Source: Nymphaea colorata (lineage: Eukaryota). Taken from it: DNA of 64,000 nt. Of this stretch, positions 37,591 through 50,562 are shown piece after piece. The notes beneath the pieces were generated by a model. It searched no databases, was not told the origin of the DNA, and worked only from the letters and a program-made list of their open reading frames with translations. Both the position numbers and the translations under genes were made by a program. The stretch covers positions 27,962,001 through 28,026,000 of the forward strand of contig NC_045138.2 of the NCBI RefSeq assembly GCF_008831285.2, read 5' to 3'. Numbering within the stretch: position 1 is the stretch's first letter; every line of letters starts with the position of its first letter.

Positions 37591-40089
37591 AGCTACTACC
37601 TAAGTGTGGCCCATGCCGCTGACGGCGATGGTGCTGGGACCACTATGGGAGGTGGCGGAAGAGGGGGGGAGGAGAAGGAGAGGTGGAGGAGGTGGAGGGG
37701 GGGGGGGGGGGAGAAGGAGAGGCGGAGGAGGGGATGGCTATCAAGGATTAGGGCTGGATCGAGCCGGGCCGGGCCGCACCATCGAGCCCGGGCCCGACCG
37801 GGCCGGGTACTGGGTACCCGGTGGCGTCCCGGCAGGGCAGCCAGGCCTAATCAACATAGACAAGGAGGATGGTGGTTTTAGAATTTTTTTGAAAAGTAAA
37901 CATAGTATAGTGAGCCCATACTTTTCATGAATTCAATCTTAATAAGGGCATCAATCAACTTAGAAAACCAAACATGAGGAGACTGTTTGAAACCACACAA
38001 TGATTTTTTTGACTTTGCACACATATGTTTGTTTTCAATACTTTGAGGTACCTCCATATAGATTTATTCTTATAAATATCCATAGAGAAATGCATTTTAG
38101 ACATCAAGCTGCATGGTGTGCCAATTTTTGTAGCTGTAACAATTAATAAGGTGCAAACATAGTTCATCTTACTGACAGGAGCAAAAGTCGCACTATAGTC
38201 AACTCCTTCCTTCCCTTTTGAGTCACTACAGCAATCTTTAGATGTAGGAATAGGTCCACTAAACCAGTTTTAGAACCATTCCTATGACCTCTCAATCAAT
38301 TCCAAGAAACTTTTACACCACCAAAATTCATACTCTAAACCCTCATCCTCCACACCTTCAACCCTAACCCTCCACACCTCTCTTTGACTTTTTTCACCAT
38401 TGCATGCCTCTCTCTCTCTCTCTCTCTGATCCAGCACATATGCAACTTCGTGGATCGGTTTGCACTTTATCTAATCCCCTGATTGAACCACCTCTAGAAG
38501 ATCCTACAGGAAATTTCATACATTATGATGAACAGGAACTGTGCATGGAGATGAATTGATCAGAGGGATGTAGAGTCAGAATCAATTCTTAAGTCTTTCT
38601 GTCATTAGAAAACCCATGACAATTTCTTCTTATGTTGTTTCACCATTTTTCCCATTGATTATCCTTCGAACAGAGGCACATTCTCTCTCCTCCTCTCTCC
38701 ATTCCCAAAAGGAGGAGGAAGATGAAGAAGATGACTCTCTTTCATTCTCTTAGAGGTGCCCTGTGGAAAAGCATCTTTGTCAGCTTCAAATAAATTAAGT
38801 TGATATTCTCTTTTTTTAAAATATTTTTTATATATGTGTTTGCTTTCTACCCTGTCTTTCACATAACTTTGAGGATTAATATTGAAAAGAAGCCATGGAT
38901 TCCATTCTTTGCACCAATTTTAGGGTATTGTTGGTTAAATTTGTGGTTAGGGGTTTCAATGACCTAGATCCTTAAACTGCTCACATTAACCATTTGAGAA
39001 TAACCTTTACCCTAAACCATTGGAGAGTAGGCCAGGTCAGCAGTTACATCTTTACCTTTGTTCCTTTCTCGGTCTCTCTTTGTGTTTGTCTATATCCATT
39101 CATGTTTTCACTTCTCCCAACTGCAAGGATTTGCCTCCCTTTCTCTTTCAATAGGTTTTTCCCTTCACATCTGTTCCTTTGTCGATTGATTTCACTTATC
39201 ATGACTCTTTCTCACGATCAATCATTTCCGCTTGCACATTCACGAGGTCCATATCTCTCACATTTTCTTGATTGCATTTGTTCAAATTACTTTTTATGTC
39301 ATCTGTAAGTAAGTACACTGGCGTTCATCTTCTCCTCCATGCTTTGGTTTTGGAGTTATGTTTCTTTTGAGTTAATGCCTTGCCAAATTTTTCTGTAGTA
39401 TGTTTTTTTTTTACTTTGTGCATGACTTTTTTTCCCCAATGTTGTATTTATAACACTAGCTATTGTTAGAGTCTTTTTTGCCGTTTTAAGTTTTCTATAT
39501 TGACCCCATGCATCTTCCTTTCTTTTGTTAATACAGCATATTGGGAGTTCTACATCTTGTTTGATTACATAAATGAGTCTGGAAGGACAAGTATGTTTAA
39601 CAAAGAAAAGAAGTAACTTTTTAACATTTTCATCAAACTTTACCACCAAAGGTGGTGAACATAAGAGAAAAATAGGAAAGCTATCAAATTAAAAACTGTT
39701 GTCCTTGTAAAGCATGGTGATTAGGGCTCGCTCACGAACCTTCTTACCAATCTCAATTTACTGTGAAACAAACTCGATTTAGAGCTCGAACAGCTTAACT
39801 AAGCTCATCGCTTATGCAACAGAAGTATGCCATTTAAGAGTGCCACTTTGTATGATACTGGTTCGTAGTTAATGTTTCTTCTCCTTTTTTCTAAGACGTA
39901 GTTAACATTCATTTTGTAAATATTTTGATTCTTTGCAATTATTTTAGATAGAACCACATATGAACTCTGAAGTTTACCATGTAAGTGCCATGCCATGTTA
40001 TGAAAAAGAGATGAATTTTATATTCTTTGTTGAATGCCAAGGAGAAACAGGCCAGGAGGCTGTAGGTCCAAATGTTGCTGAAGTAGAAT

Positions 40090-40596
40090 CATGAACATGA
40101 TGAAGGCAACAATCTAGAGAGGGAATTCAAGAGCTAGTGGAATAATCTGCACTTTCTTTTATGATGAAGTAGTGGAATCACCACAACCTTTGAGAGAGTA
40201 ATAGGTAAAGGGGGATCCTGCACTCTCTTTTGTGGATGACTTCGGGATGGCCAAGAAGTTGCAGTTAAATTAATGACTGGAAGATTTTCGCAAGGAATCA
40301 AGGAGTTCACTGGCGAAGTTAATTTGTGAGAGAGAAAGGCATTTGTTTGTTTGTATGTGACAAAGAGGAGTGCATGGTGGTCACTATTTGGATCTTATTT
40401 CAGGTCGAGTTGTTGATGAAAGTTCACCACAGGTCTTTAGTGTCCTTTATTGAGTTAATGTGATGAAGATCAGAAGGTGATCTTGGTCTATGAGTACACG
40501 AAGAAAGGAGAACTACAGATGCTACTCTCAGGTATCCATGTTCCTCTTAAAGCAGTCACATTTTGCACCTGGAACACACATACAAAGGCACACACA

Positions 40597-40628
<32 letters not shown>

Positions 40629-40660
40629 TGCCCCTGACAGCCATGTGACGAAGTTAAATT
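40090..40660 (+). pseudogene. B-type kinase N-lobe relic (paralog of 10118-10670)
   Basis: Same two exons with frameshifts and a TGA. Confidence 0.82.
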
Positions 40661-40846
40661 AAGAAGAACGAGTTGCGTGCGGCGCTCAGAATGGTGACGT
40701 CCATCCAACCATCTTTTAAAACTCATTTGACTTGTTCCAAGCTGTTGTCGATGGCTTTCAGTTATAAGATGTTAGCCGCCAATGGCTGTCGGTTATAAGA
40801 TGTTACTTCTGTTCATACAGGAAAGTTATCAGATAAACAGCATCTG

Positions 40847-43800
40847 ATGCTGCCGATGTTCATGATGATCAACCCTTTTTGTGTCTTCCTTCTGCTCTGC
40901 CAGTCCTCTACTTTGCTCCTAGCTGCTGCCCAGAAAGGTAAGGAGACCCTTCCCATCCCTCCGCACTGTACTGTCGGTTAGATCTTCTCCTTTCTACTCT
41001 TGATCAGGCTCTCTCTCTCTCTCTCTCTCTCCCTCGCTCGCTTATAAAGAATTTGCTGCTTAACTGGAAGGCCAACTGATTGAAGATCTGCCGAAACCAT
41101 TGAGAATATAGCGCGCGTACGCTATTGTCATAATTCTACTTCCTTTTTCTTGTCCCGTATAATTAGGATTCTGTTGTGTGACTGCGTCCACTATGAGATA
41201 ATGGACAAACTCGCGTTTTGCTAGGGTTCTGTTATCGTGATTCTTGTGTTCCCAAGGGTGAACGGCATCTCTCGAAGGTGCCTCAACTTTTATATGGGTG
41301 ATTTTTCTCATGAATCAAGGGAACGATGAAATTTCCTCCTTAGAAATCCATCTTGTCTATCTCAATTATCTTTAAAAATGTGGCAGCTCATGAAGTTTTT
41401 GGAGGATGATTAGTTATCTCATGAATCAAAAACTGGCAACCAGCTTCTCTGTCTCAATTTACTCAAATAATGCGTCTCAGCTTTTTGATAGGAAAATTTA
41501 TCTGACATGCATCAGGCGTGAATCTTAAATCAATTTGACCGGCGTACCCGTTGGTGCTCCTCTCGCTTCATATGAAGGTACGCCACATAATAGGCATTCT
41601 TTGGTCCAGGCATGTTTCCAGGCCAGCCATGGGTAAAAATCTTCGAATTGAGTCGGAGGTAAATCGATTCAGTTAATCCAAGGGCATCATCTATCCTAAA
41701 TCATTTATATTATTTTTCCTATTCTTAATTTGTGGTCTGGTATACGGAGTTCAGTTTTTTAAATTGGTATAATAGTTTTTGTTTACCCATTGATAACCAA
41801 TTCGGCTGAATGGTTCGAATCGGTAGATTGACTGAATTGGCGACCTGACCAATTTTCGACTCAAGGCTGCACACGGTCAAGCTTGAGCTGGGTCAACTCG
41901 AGTTTCACTCGACTTGGAAAATTCGAGTTCGAGATACAACATCGAACTCGATCCATTTAACTCGTTTATGTTAAGCATATCTCATTTCTTTTAGCTAGTT
42001 TAATTCCATTAGCTCGTTTAGTCGTTGCTACTTGTTTAACTATTCTGTCATTATAATTTAACATTTATTGTGCAGTTGAGCCAAGTCAAGTCTAAACAGA
42101 GTAGAGTTCTTTGAACTCGACCCGTTTAACATTTCGAGCATACAATTGGCCTTTAATACCAATAACATATTGAAAAAGCTAATGATGTCGGTTATTCTCC
42201 AACATGCCAAAGAAACAATGATAGGGAAATCAGGGGTGGGCATCGGGCCGGGTCGGGTTAGACCCCGTTATGATAAAAAAAATTAATTATAAAGTATTTT
42301 TTGATATCAAATGCATTTTTCAATAATAAAAAATATATATTATTAAATTAAAAATAAAAGCTATTTTTTAAATATTAACAGGCCGGATCGAGCCTAGCCC
42401 GGGCCAGCCCACCAATCCCGGTTTTTTCGGCCTGGACCCAGGCCCCTGTTTGGCCCGGCGCCCACTCTTAACGGAAATATGAAGCCACACGACAAACTTA
42501 TATCTTGACGACGTGAAGAAGTAATACTTTGTCAACCTTGCAAATGAAATTCCAGATCAGACAATTATAGATTCAAACCAGCAATCAACATACGCGCTTA
42601 TTTCTCACGGATAACGCTATTTAACTTGCATAAGTATTACTAAGTAAATTTTTTGGAGTGTGATCATCAGTTGGAAATGAATATGAAATTAAGGAGTATT
42701 GCTGCATTGCAAAGGATCATGATTGGTTTGTCATTAAACATAATTCAACTAATAGTTTGATATCCAAATAGAGCCAGGCCAAGGTGGACGAATTCTTGTA
42801 AATCTGACACTATGGGATGTTAGCTACCTTCTGACATGTAGAATGTCAAGCTTGTTTTCATCAACAAAATAGAATCTTCAAAATCCATCTTTCACCTTGG
42901 AGAAAGGGCGAATTAGTTATGTTTGGATGGTTAGATTAGGCAAGTTAGCAAAGCGCAGAATGGATTTAGAAGACAATAGAATAAGAAAATATTGCAATTC
43001 CTTAAAACCAAAAAAAGAATCATATCAGTTGAATAACTGAATATGCTGCTTAGATGTTGACAAAATAAAAGCAGTGTCAGTTAATTTCTCAACATGTGTA
43101 GTTGTGATGCAGCCAACAAGGGGAATCGCAATTGTTATTGGTTTCCTGAACCATGTCATAACTTGATTACCTTTTTTTTTAGGGAGCACAGAGAAAGAAA
43201 AAACCAATCGAACACATGGGAATATTGTCCGCACCGTCAGAGTGAAACAAATGGAATTCTATTTCATAGCTTCATTCCAATCAGCAATCTTCCTAACAGT
43301 AGAGCATGGTTTAACTGTCAGAGTGATTCGAAGGTTTTACCGGCAGGTTTGAAGAAGAAAAAGAAAATTATCCTACGGTCCAAATTAAACAGCTTAGATC
43401 ATATGTATGTAATGTATTAGGAGAACACAAGTTTTTTGTATATCATATGTTATAAAAACGCATGCTTAAAAAATACAGTATTTTACTTGCTAAACGCTGT
43501 CATAAATGTTAAGTTTTTTTTGTCTGTGCAATCCTGTTACAAGAACATGCTACTGCTAAACAGCATCTGATGCTGCCGGAGAGTGTCCAATTTTTTTAAG
43601 AATGACGCGTGGTGGGTCATTCCATGACACAGTGTTTAGATGTTGACTTGGATTTAAATGTTATAAAACCATGCACAAACAAAACAGAGATCTGCATTTT
43701 AAATGTGAAAATCTTCAAAAATCCAGGTTCGCGGAGTGGTAATGAAATCTGACCCAAATTTAGAGCAAATACTTAGTTTAATTTTCCGGCCCGCCGGAAG

Positions 43801-46800
43801 AATATATGCCACTCTTATAAGTGTCTAAAACATCTATTGTGTCAGGCTTCCTCAACATCGACTGCGGGCTTCCGGCCAATGCAACCTACAGAAGTGAAAC
43901 CACTCTCGAGTACGTCTCCGACAGTAAATTCACAAGCAACGGGTTCGAGAAGCAGCTCGACTCTGGCATCCCCAACGATGCGCCAACGATCTACCGGACT
44001 CTTAGATACTTCCCTCGTTACAAGAGGAACTGCTACAGTCTGCCTGTGACCCAGGGCACCAACTATCTGGTTCGGGCATCCTTCATGTATGGCAACTATG
44101 ACGGAGCCAACACGGCCCCCAGCTTCGATCTCTACCTTGGAGTTGATCTTTGGGATACCGTCAAGCTAGACAACGCAACTCATATGTACTGGACGGAGAT
44201 GCTAAGCAGTGCAACAACAGCAACCATGAGCGTGTGCCTTGTTAATACTTCAATGGGCGTGCCCTTTATTTCGGGTTTGGAGCTCCGTCCCCTCAGCGGT
44301 ATCAATGGTTACAAGGTGAATGCCACTTCTTCACTTGTGACCTTCCAGAGGGTAGACGTTGGTGGAACTGCATCTGTGAGGTAAGCAACTCGCATCTGAT
44401 CAAGAATCATCATTGACATAATGATCTGGATTTGCTTTTCTGCTCTGTTTAAATTTGGATCAACCATGGTTCATCCGTGATGGTTACCGGCAGGTTCCCC
44501 GATGATGCATACGATCGTATTTGGACACCAAGCTCTTCCCGATACGGAACTCCCGTCAGCACCGCTGCGACTCTAAACGAGCAGGGAACTCGCTTCAGTT
44601 TGCCGCCCGCAGTAATGCGAACTGCAGTCGCCTCTGCACATCCCATACTCATCACCTGGTCAGGTGAGCCCTCTGACAGCTACCATTTTGTTTTGGGATT
44701 TGGTGAGGTGCTAGCGTCGACGCTCCAGAGGAACTTGACGATAAAGTTGAACGGTGACCATTGGTATGGGCCCTTCAGCCTCAACAACCGTGACATATTC
44801 ACCGTTTTCACGACAAGGCCTTTCCACCTTGCCCAGTACTCTTTCACGGTGGAGGCCAGCCAAGGTTCAGACTATGGCCCCATCCTCAACGCCTTTGAGG
44901 TTTACAGGTTCGTCCAGCCCGGTGGCGCTGCAACTTTTCCTCAAGACGGTGCGCTTCTTTTGACCTTTCCCTTTTCCTTTTCTCTTTTAGTCAATCACCC
45001 ACAAGCCCTAGATCAAGGGTGCGACTCTCTTGCCATAAAATTGTAGAGCGTCTGTTTGAGCTTCAGCCTATCGGATTTTAACGGAAAAGCTTTTTCTTTT
45101 ATACACAGTTCTTGCTATCAAGGCCGTGCAAGATTACTACCAGATAAAAAAGAATTGGAACGCCGATCCATGCTTACCTCTCGATGCTCCTTGGGACGGC
45201 TTGACCTGCAGCCTTGACAATCAATCGTCTCCAAGAATAGAAGCCCTGTAAGATTTTACTTCCACTCCTTAGAAATTAATATGTTCGAGGAGGAAGCACA
45301 TGATCTAGTATCTCCTTCCGATCTCCGGTCACAGAACCAACGATCAGTTTACAGACCAAAGACCATTTGATCCACCTATAAACAGTAACACTTGTAGTTT
45401 GATATCGAAATGTAAAGAAGCTTGCTATTTTCATGTGAGATCATTCGGTCCCACCTTCAAAGAACGATTAGTGCGTGCCTGGTTCGACTGATGTGCTTAC
45501 AGAAACTGTTATTTATAGGGATCTGTCTAATGCTGGACTAAGTGGTGCAATTTCCGTCCATCTTTCGCAATTAACAGCACTCAGAAAATTGTAAGACACC
45601 GCGTCTTCGTTTGGAATTAAAATGTTCTATTTTCTTACGACTTTATCTCATATCTCTTATTTCATCTCTATGTTTGATGAATCTAGGAACTTATCAATGA
45701 ACAATATTCGTGGATCTTTGCCATCTTTTCTAGCAGACTTGCCGTACCTGTCCGATATGTGAGTATTTTTCAATAACACTGTCTAGGTGCATAATCAAAT
45801 TAACAAGTATTTCTAGGTTATATGATTTTTTTAATGAATTCAGAGATTTGTCGAGCAATAATTTGTCGGGATCAATTCCGAGTGGTTTGAAGGAAAAGGA
45901 GGCAACTGGGCTCACATTGAGGTCAGATAAAATTTTGTGGCTTGCCCTCCCTGGCTTCACCTTTTTTTTTTTTTTTTTGTTTCTTCTCTTCTATTTCTTA
46001 AATTGAAGCATACTAAAGACAGTCTTTGGCCGCGCCTTCCTAAGGATCGACAACAATCCCCAGATATGCCAACAAGATCCCTGCAACCAGGGAAAAGCAA
46101 GTGATAAGAAGAGAAATTTGATAGTTATAATCTCAGTGGCGTCTTCGTCAGTTGTGGCTGTAGGTGTAATAATACTGGCGTTCATCACGGTCAACTCAAA
46201 GAGAAAGAGGCGAGGTCTGTTTCTACCTTCAGTTATATGTTCATAAACCTTAATGAATTTTCTAAAACGTATCATGATGAAAATTAGAACTGTAATTTTG
46301 TGTTCAATATATACATAAAGTTAACAGTTAATTTTTGTGATGAAGACAATAATCGAGGGCGAAAATCTTCACGACCTAGTGGGAAAATGTGCACTTTCGC
46401 ATATGATGAAATTGTGGAAATCACCAATAACTTCGAAAGGGTGATAGGCAAAGGGGGATCCTGCACTGTCTTTTATGGTCGACTTTGGGATGGCCGAGAA
46501 GTTGCAGTTAAATTAATGACCGGCATATTTTCACAAGGAATCAAGGAGTACACTGCCGAGGTTAATTATAGTGTGACAAAAGATGACATTTTTTCTTTAT
46601 TTTTATGTAACAAGAAGTATTTGGAGGTCATCGTTTGCATCTTATTTCAGGTTGAGCTGTTAATGAAAGTTCACCACAAGTGTTTGGTTTCTTTTATTGG
46701 GTTCTGTGATGAAGATCAGAAAATGATCCTGGTCTACGAGTACATGAAGAACGGAGACCTGCAGATGTTACTCTCAGGTATACGTTTTCCGCTCAAAGTA

Positions 46801-48632
46801 CTCACAGCTTACATCTGCAACACAGAGAGAGAGAGAGAGAGCAGAAAACGAACTAAGTTAAACGATGCCAAAATACACAACAGAAACAATCGTCCAACGA
46901 GAGTTGGGTGGAGAACCACACAGATGGAAAATTAGGCAGAACAGAGAGAGACAGAGAGAAACAGAGAGGAAACAGCTTTGCATCTAGGAGCTAAAAGGAC
47001 GGTCTAAAAGCGATCATTTCTTTCCACCTGACCAAGATTTGGTGTGAGATTACTAGCTTATTTCATGCCGCTTTAGAACACAATAAAAAGAAAATGCCAA
47101 ATCCTGTTATACAGCTTTTTGCTAAAACGCCAGGGCACAACTCTGAATAACAAAAACCACGACTCTTTGTTTAATTTCATAGGCAATTTATAACAGCTTT
47201 TCCCGGTTAACACTCTTTAGGACATGCACTAGCACATTCTCACAAATGCATGTGTCTATGTGTGTGTTATATATTGTGTAAAGCAAGTATCTAACTAGAA
47301 CTTGGGCGCCTTTTTCAGATGAAATAGAAACATCAGATATGTTGGACTGGAGACAAAGACTGCAAATCGCTCACAGCGTTGCAAAGGGTTCGCTTTCGGA
47401 GCCAGATCCCATTTTGTAGCACTTCTCATTATATGTTTAATTAATTAATATTTACTGTGGAGCTGTTGGAGCGCAGGATTGGAGTATCTGCATGCCGGAT
47501 GTAGACCACCAATAATACACAGAGACGTCAAGACGAAAAACATCCTCTTAAATGACAAATTGGAAGCCAAGATTGCAGACTTTGGTCTGTCCAAGATATG
47601 CATTACAGAAGAGACAACGCATGTATCAACTGTAGTTGCTGGAACACCTGGATACATAGACCCTGAGTATGTTCAACTTTTCTACTGCAAATCTGTCTCG
47701 CTTATATTGAACATCTATCTGTAGAGACCCTTCCCTTGAGAGCATCTCAGGTTCTCAGAATATAGAAAAAATCTAAAATTAGTTTCCCCTACCTTTTAAG
47801 GACAAGTAAATAAAGACTTTGGTCTTGTGGAACGGAACACTCTGGGGCCTTGATTAAAGATGAAAATGAGTCAGATTGCGTATATGAACCTGATTCGATT
47901 GCCACTGCTATCAGCCTTGTCATCTCCCAGCCTTTGCCAGCAGTAGCTTCTCATATTGTTACACCCATCAATCCATTGATAATTTCTGTAACAGATGCTT
48001 GTGCATACTAACTATGAACTGCCCCATTCTGTACACAGCCAACTAGAAACATGCTGAATATATGGAGGATTTTTTATTTGGTAGATGGAAAAAGGCACGA
48101 TAGTCTAAAGGATATAATGCAAGGGTAGAAGAATCCATATTTGGATGCATACTGTATTATTTTTTTCTAAGACCCCGGAACTTTTCTCGTTTGCGTTTCC
48201 AGGTATTACTCTACAAACAAACTTACGGAGAAGAGCGATGTTTATAGCTTTGGAGTCGTCCTGTTTGAGCTCATCACAGGCCAGAATGCTGTACTCACTC
48301 GAGGATCGCAGAGAGTCCATAATCTTGAATTTGTGATGCCCAAAATCATGAGCGGAGATGTTGCGAGCATAGTAGACCGTCGGTTGCAGGGCGAATATGA
48401 TATCAATTCCGTATGGAAAGTCGCAGAGATGGCAATTGCATGCACCGCAAAGAAAGGAATCACGCGGCCTACCATGACTGAAATTGTGAGAGAACTGGAG
48501 GAGGCCATAGATATCGGGACTGAGCACCAGTTGCAAAGCAAAAGGCAATCTAAGGAACTGGGCTCCATATTACTGTCAACGAATCCAGCTCTCCTGGACA
48601 TGGATTCTTTTTCTCATCCTTCAGCAAGGTAA
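40847..48632 (+). CDS. Malectin-like domain/LRR receptor-like Ser/Thr kinase (LRR-I type), copy B', apparently intact
   Basis: Inferred exon 1 about 40847-40938 ([30 protein letters not shown]). Further exons 43846-44380, 44494-44948, 45109-45247, 45519-45590, 45687-45758, 45844-45921, 46045-46214 (TM), 46346-46560, 46651-46777, 47319-47387, 47477-47666, 48203-48632, all in phase. The first-exon assignment is less certain than the rest. Confidence 0.88.
41864..42155. mobile_element. CTCGA-rich MITE-like repeat related to 4157-4404
   Basis: Starts AAGGCTGCACACGG with repeated AACTCG/TCGAG motifs. Lies inside a segment (about 41520-42170) absent from the paralogous site near 11440. Confidence 0.5.
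42231..42470. mobile_element. hAT-like MITE (240 bp)
   Basis: TIRs CAGGGGTGGGCATCGGGCC / GGCCCGGCGCCCACTCTTA. TSD AGGGAAAT/ACGGAAAT. The paralogous site near 11488 has a single AGGGAAAT (empty site). Confidence 0.8.
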
Positions 48633-49859
48633 CGCCATAGTCAATGCCTTCCCTCTCCACGAAGAATGGTTTTTGCAACATCAACTTTATTGTGTCCTTA
48701 GACGCTTCCACCAACATTTCAGCTGTGTGGCCAAGTGCTCCCCTGCTGCTGCCGTAGAGACTTTTTAGACAATACACTATCTTGTGTAATAAAATAAGAT
48801 TTCTAGTAAACCATGTCTTTGCTGTATGTTTTGAAGGCATAAACAAGCAAACATGTTGTACATGCTAAAGCATATAAGGATCGATAACGTTAGACATTAA
48901 GAAGTTTGCGGAAGCATACCGATATCGATCGCACAAGTGAAAGAGGGTCCAGTGAATCTTCAAGAGGCTGCAGGGTATAACATTAAATCCTCTCAGATGG
49001 GGTAAAGGAGATCACACAATGGAATTTCTTCCTATCCTTTGTGCCTTGAACCACAACTAGACTTATGAAGGTTCACAAATCGGATATGGATCTTCTTTGG
49101 TTTTTACAAAAATAATCTATACCAAATGAGATGATACAAACCCAAATTTATTAGATCACCTTAAATTGAGTCTATCTACACATACAGCGTCTACTATATA
49201 GATTTTTTACATGTTTACTTCAAAACAATTATGATACGATTTCTGTTTTGGAGATCCACTGGTTCTAAGCGCAGCGGACAGGCCTGCCCATAAAAATTTG
49301 CATTCGGCCAGCTTTTATCTAGCCAGGTACTGGCGACTGGACACATGGAAACCTTCGCGGCAAGAATGGGTCAGATCTCCAATTTCTCTTTTGCATTATA
49401 GCGCTGGCTGCAAAAGGAAAAACAGGAGAGAGAGATTAGCAGATATAAAGATAAAAGACTTAATTTACAAATATTTGTTTATGGGTGCGATTAAATGGAC
49501 TGGATCCGGGTCGCGCGTATGTAACTGCTTAGTTACTACATCTGATTAATCAGACTCTGCCGAAAATCAGATTCGATGTTTGTTTCAAATCCATAAAATA
49601 TAAAAAACCACAGAAATCATACTTCATTGGATTCGGTAAAGGAATCCTGCACAGCCGATCCGAATTTTCTTATTGAAAATGATTTGGATCGTATCACGGG
49701 CGGCCAAGGGTTGGAAACAGATCAGATATTGCAAAATTAATTAAGCATCGAGGATCACGATCGAGAGAGCATCGTGATCGAAACGGGACAATCTAAAAAG
49801 CCAGCCGAAACGGATGCCGAATCTGGGTCTGAGGTCCATCCGGGCCCCATTTTTTTGTT

Positions 49860-49900
49860 GGCCCATCCTCCAAATCACAAGGCCGAGCGAAATTTCCCGC
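49860..49900 (+). promoter_or_regulatory. Site II-like (GGCCCA) and E2F consensus (TTTCCCGC) motifs upstream of MND1
   Basis: GGCCCA at 49860-49865 and TTTCCCGC at 49893-49900, about 40 bp before the ATG. Motif match only. Confidence 0.5.
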
Positions 49901-49940
49901 TCGCTTTCCTCTCTCTACCTGTCTGGGAAATTCTGAAAAT

Positions 49941-50529
49941 ATGGTAAGCCTCATTAATTTTCCTTCGCTTTGTCTTCCAAATTCTCTTCTGCTTATTTTT
50001 CATTTTGTGGTGGATCGTCTTTCTTCTTGCCAGCAGGAAGTTTGAACCGTCTACATTTCCTTCTGGAAATTTCCGAGAATCGCAGAATATGAGGGTTTAC
50101 GTTTTGATTTTTTGAGCGGTATCAGGGAACGAATTCCCAGTTATCTCAAACTTCATTCTTGTATGTGAACCCTCTGTTTTCCCTGATTGAGTTGGTGAAA
50201 GCAGGGGATTCTGCTTTTGTTTTTGGAAATAAGTTCTTTAGTGCCTCTATCGTTTTCATCTTCATTAGCTCTGAAGCTTTCTTTCCTAGTCCTTCTGTTC
50301 CTGTACCTCAGATAAGGCATTGTCTCGAGGATCCTTTTCTGTTTGTGGTTGTCATTAATTTTCTAGCCAACTCTTTTCTTTTTCTTTTTTTCAGTCGAAG
50401 AAGCGAGGTCTATCATTGGAAGAGAAGCGTGAGCATATCCTTCAGATCTTCTATGAGTCGCATGATTTTTTCCTGGTAACCCACAAGGCAACTGCAATTT
50501 TTTAAGCTCAGATTTCGATTCCTTATGTC

Positions 50530-50562
<33 letters not shown>

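Noticed and set aside
37604..37930. Gly/Arg-rich ORFs as a glycine-rich protein gene
   Set aside because: Low-complexity G-run translation with no ATG start, splice structure or recognisable domain.
49753..49779. GATCACGAT/ATCGTGATC hairpin as a miRNA or structured RNA
   Set aside because: Arms are only 9 bp, far too short for a plant miRNA precursor; expected by chance in GATC-rich repeat debris.
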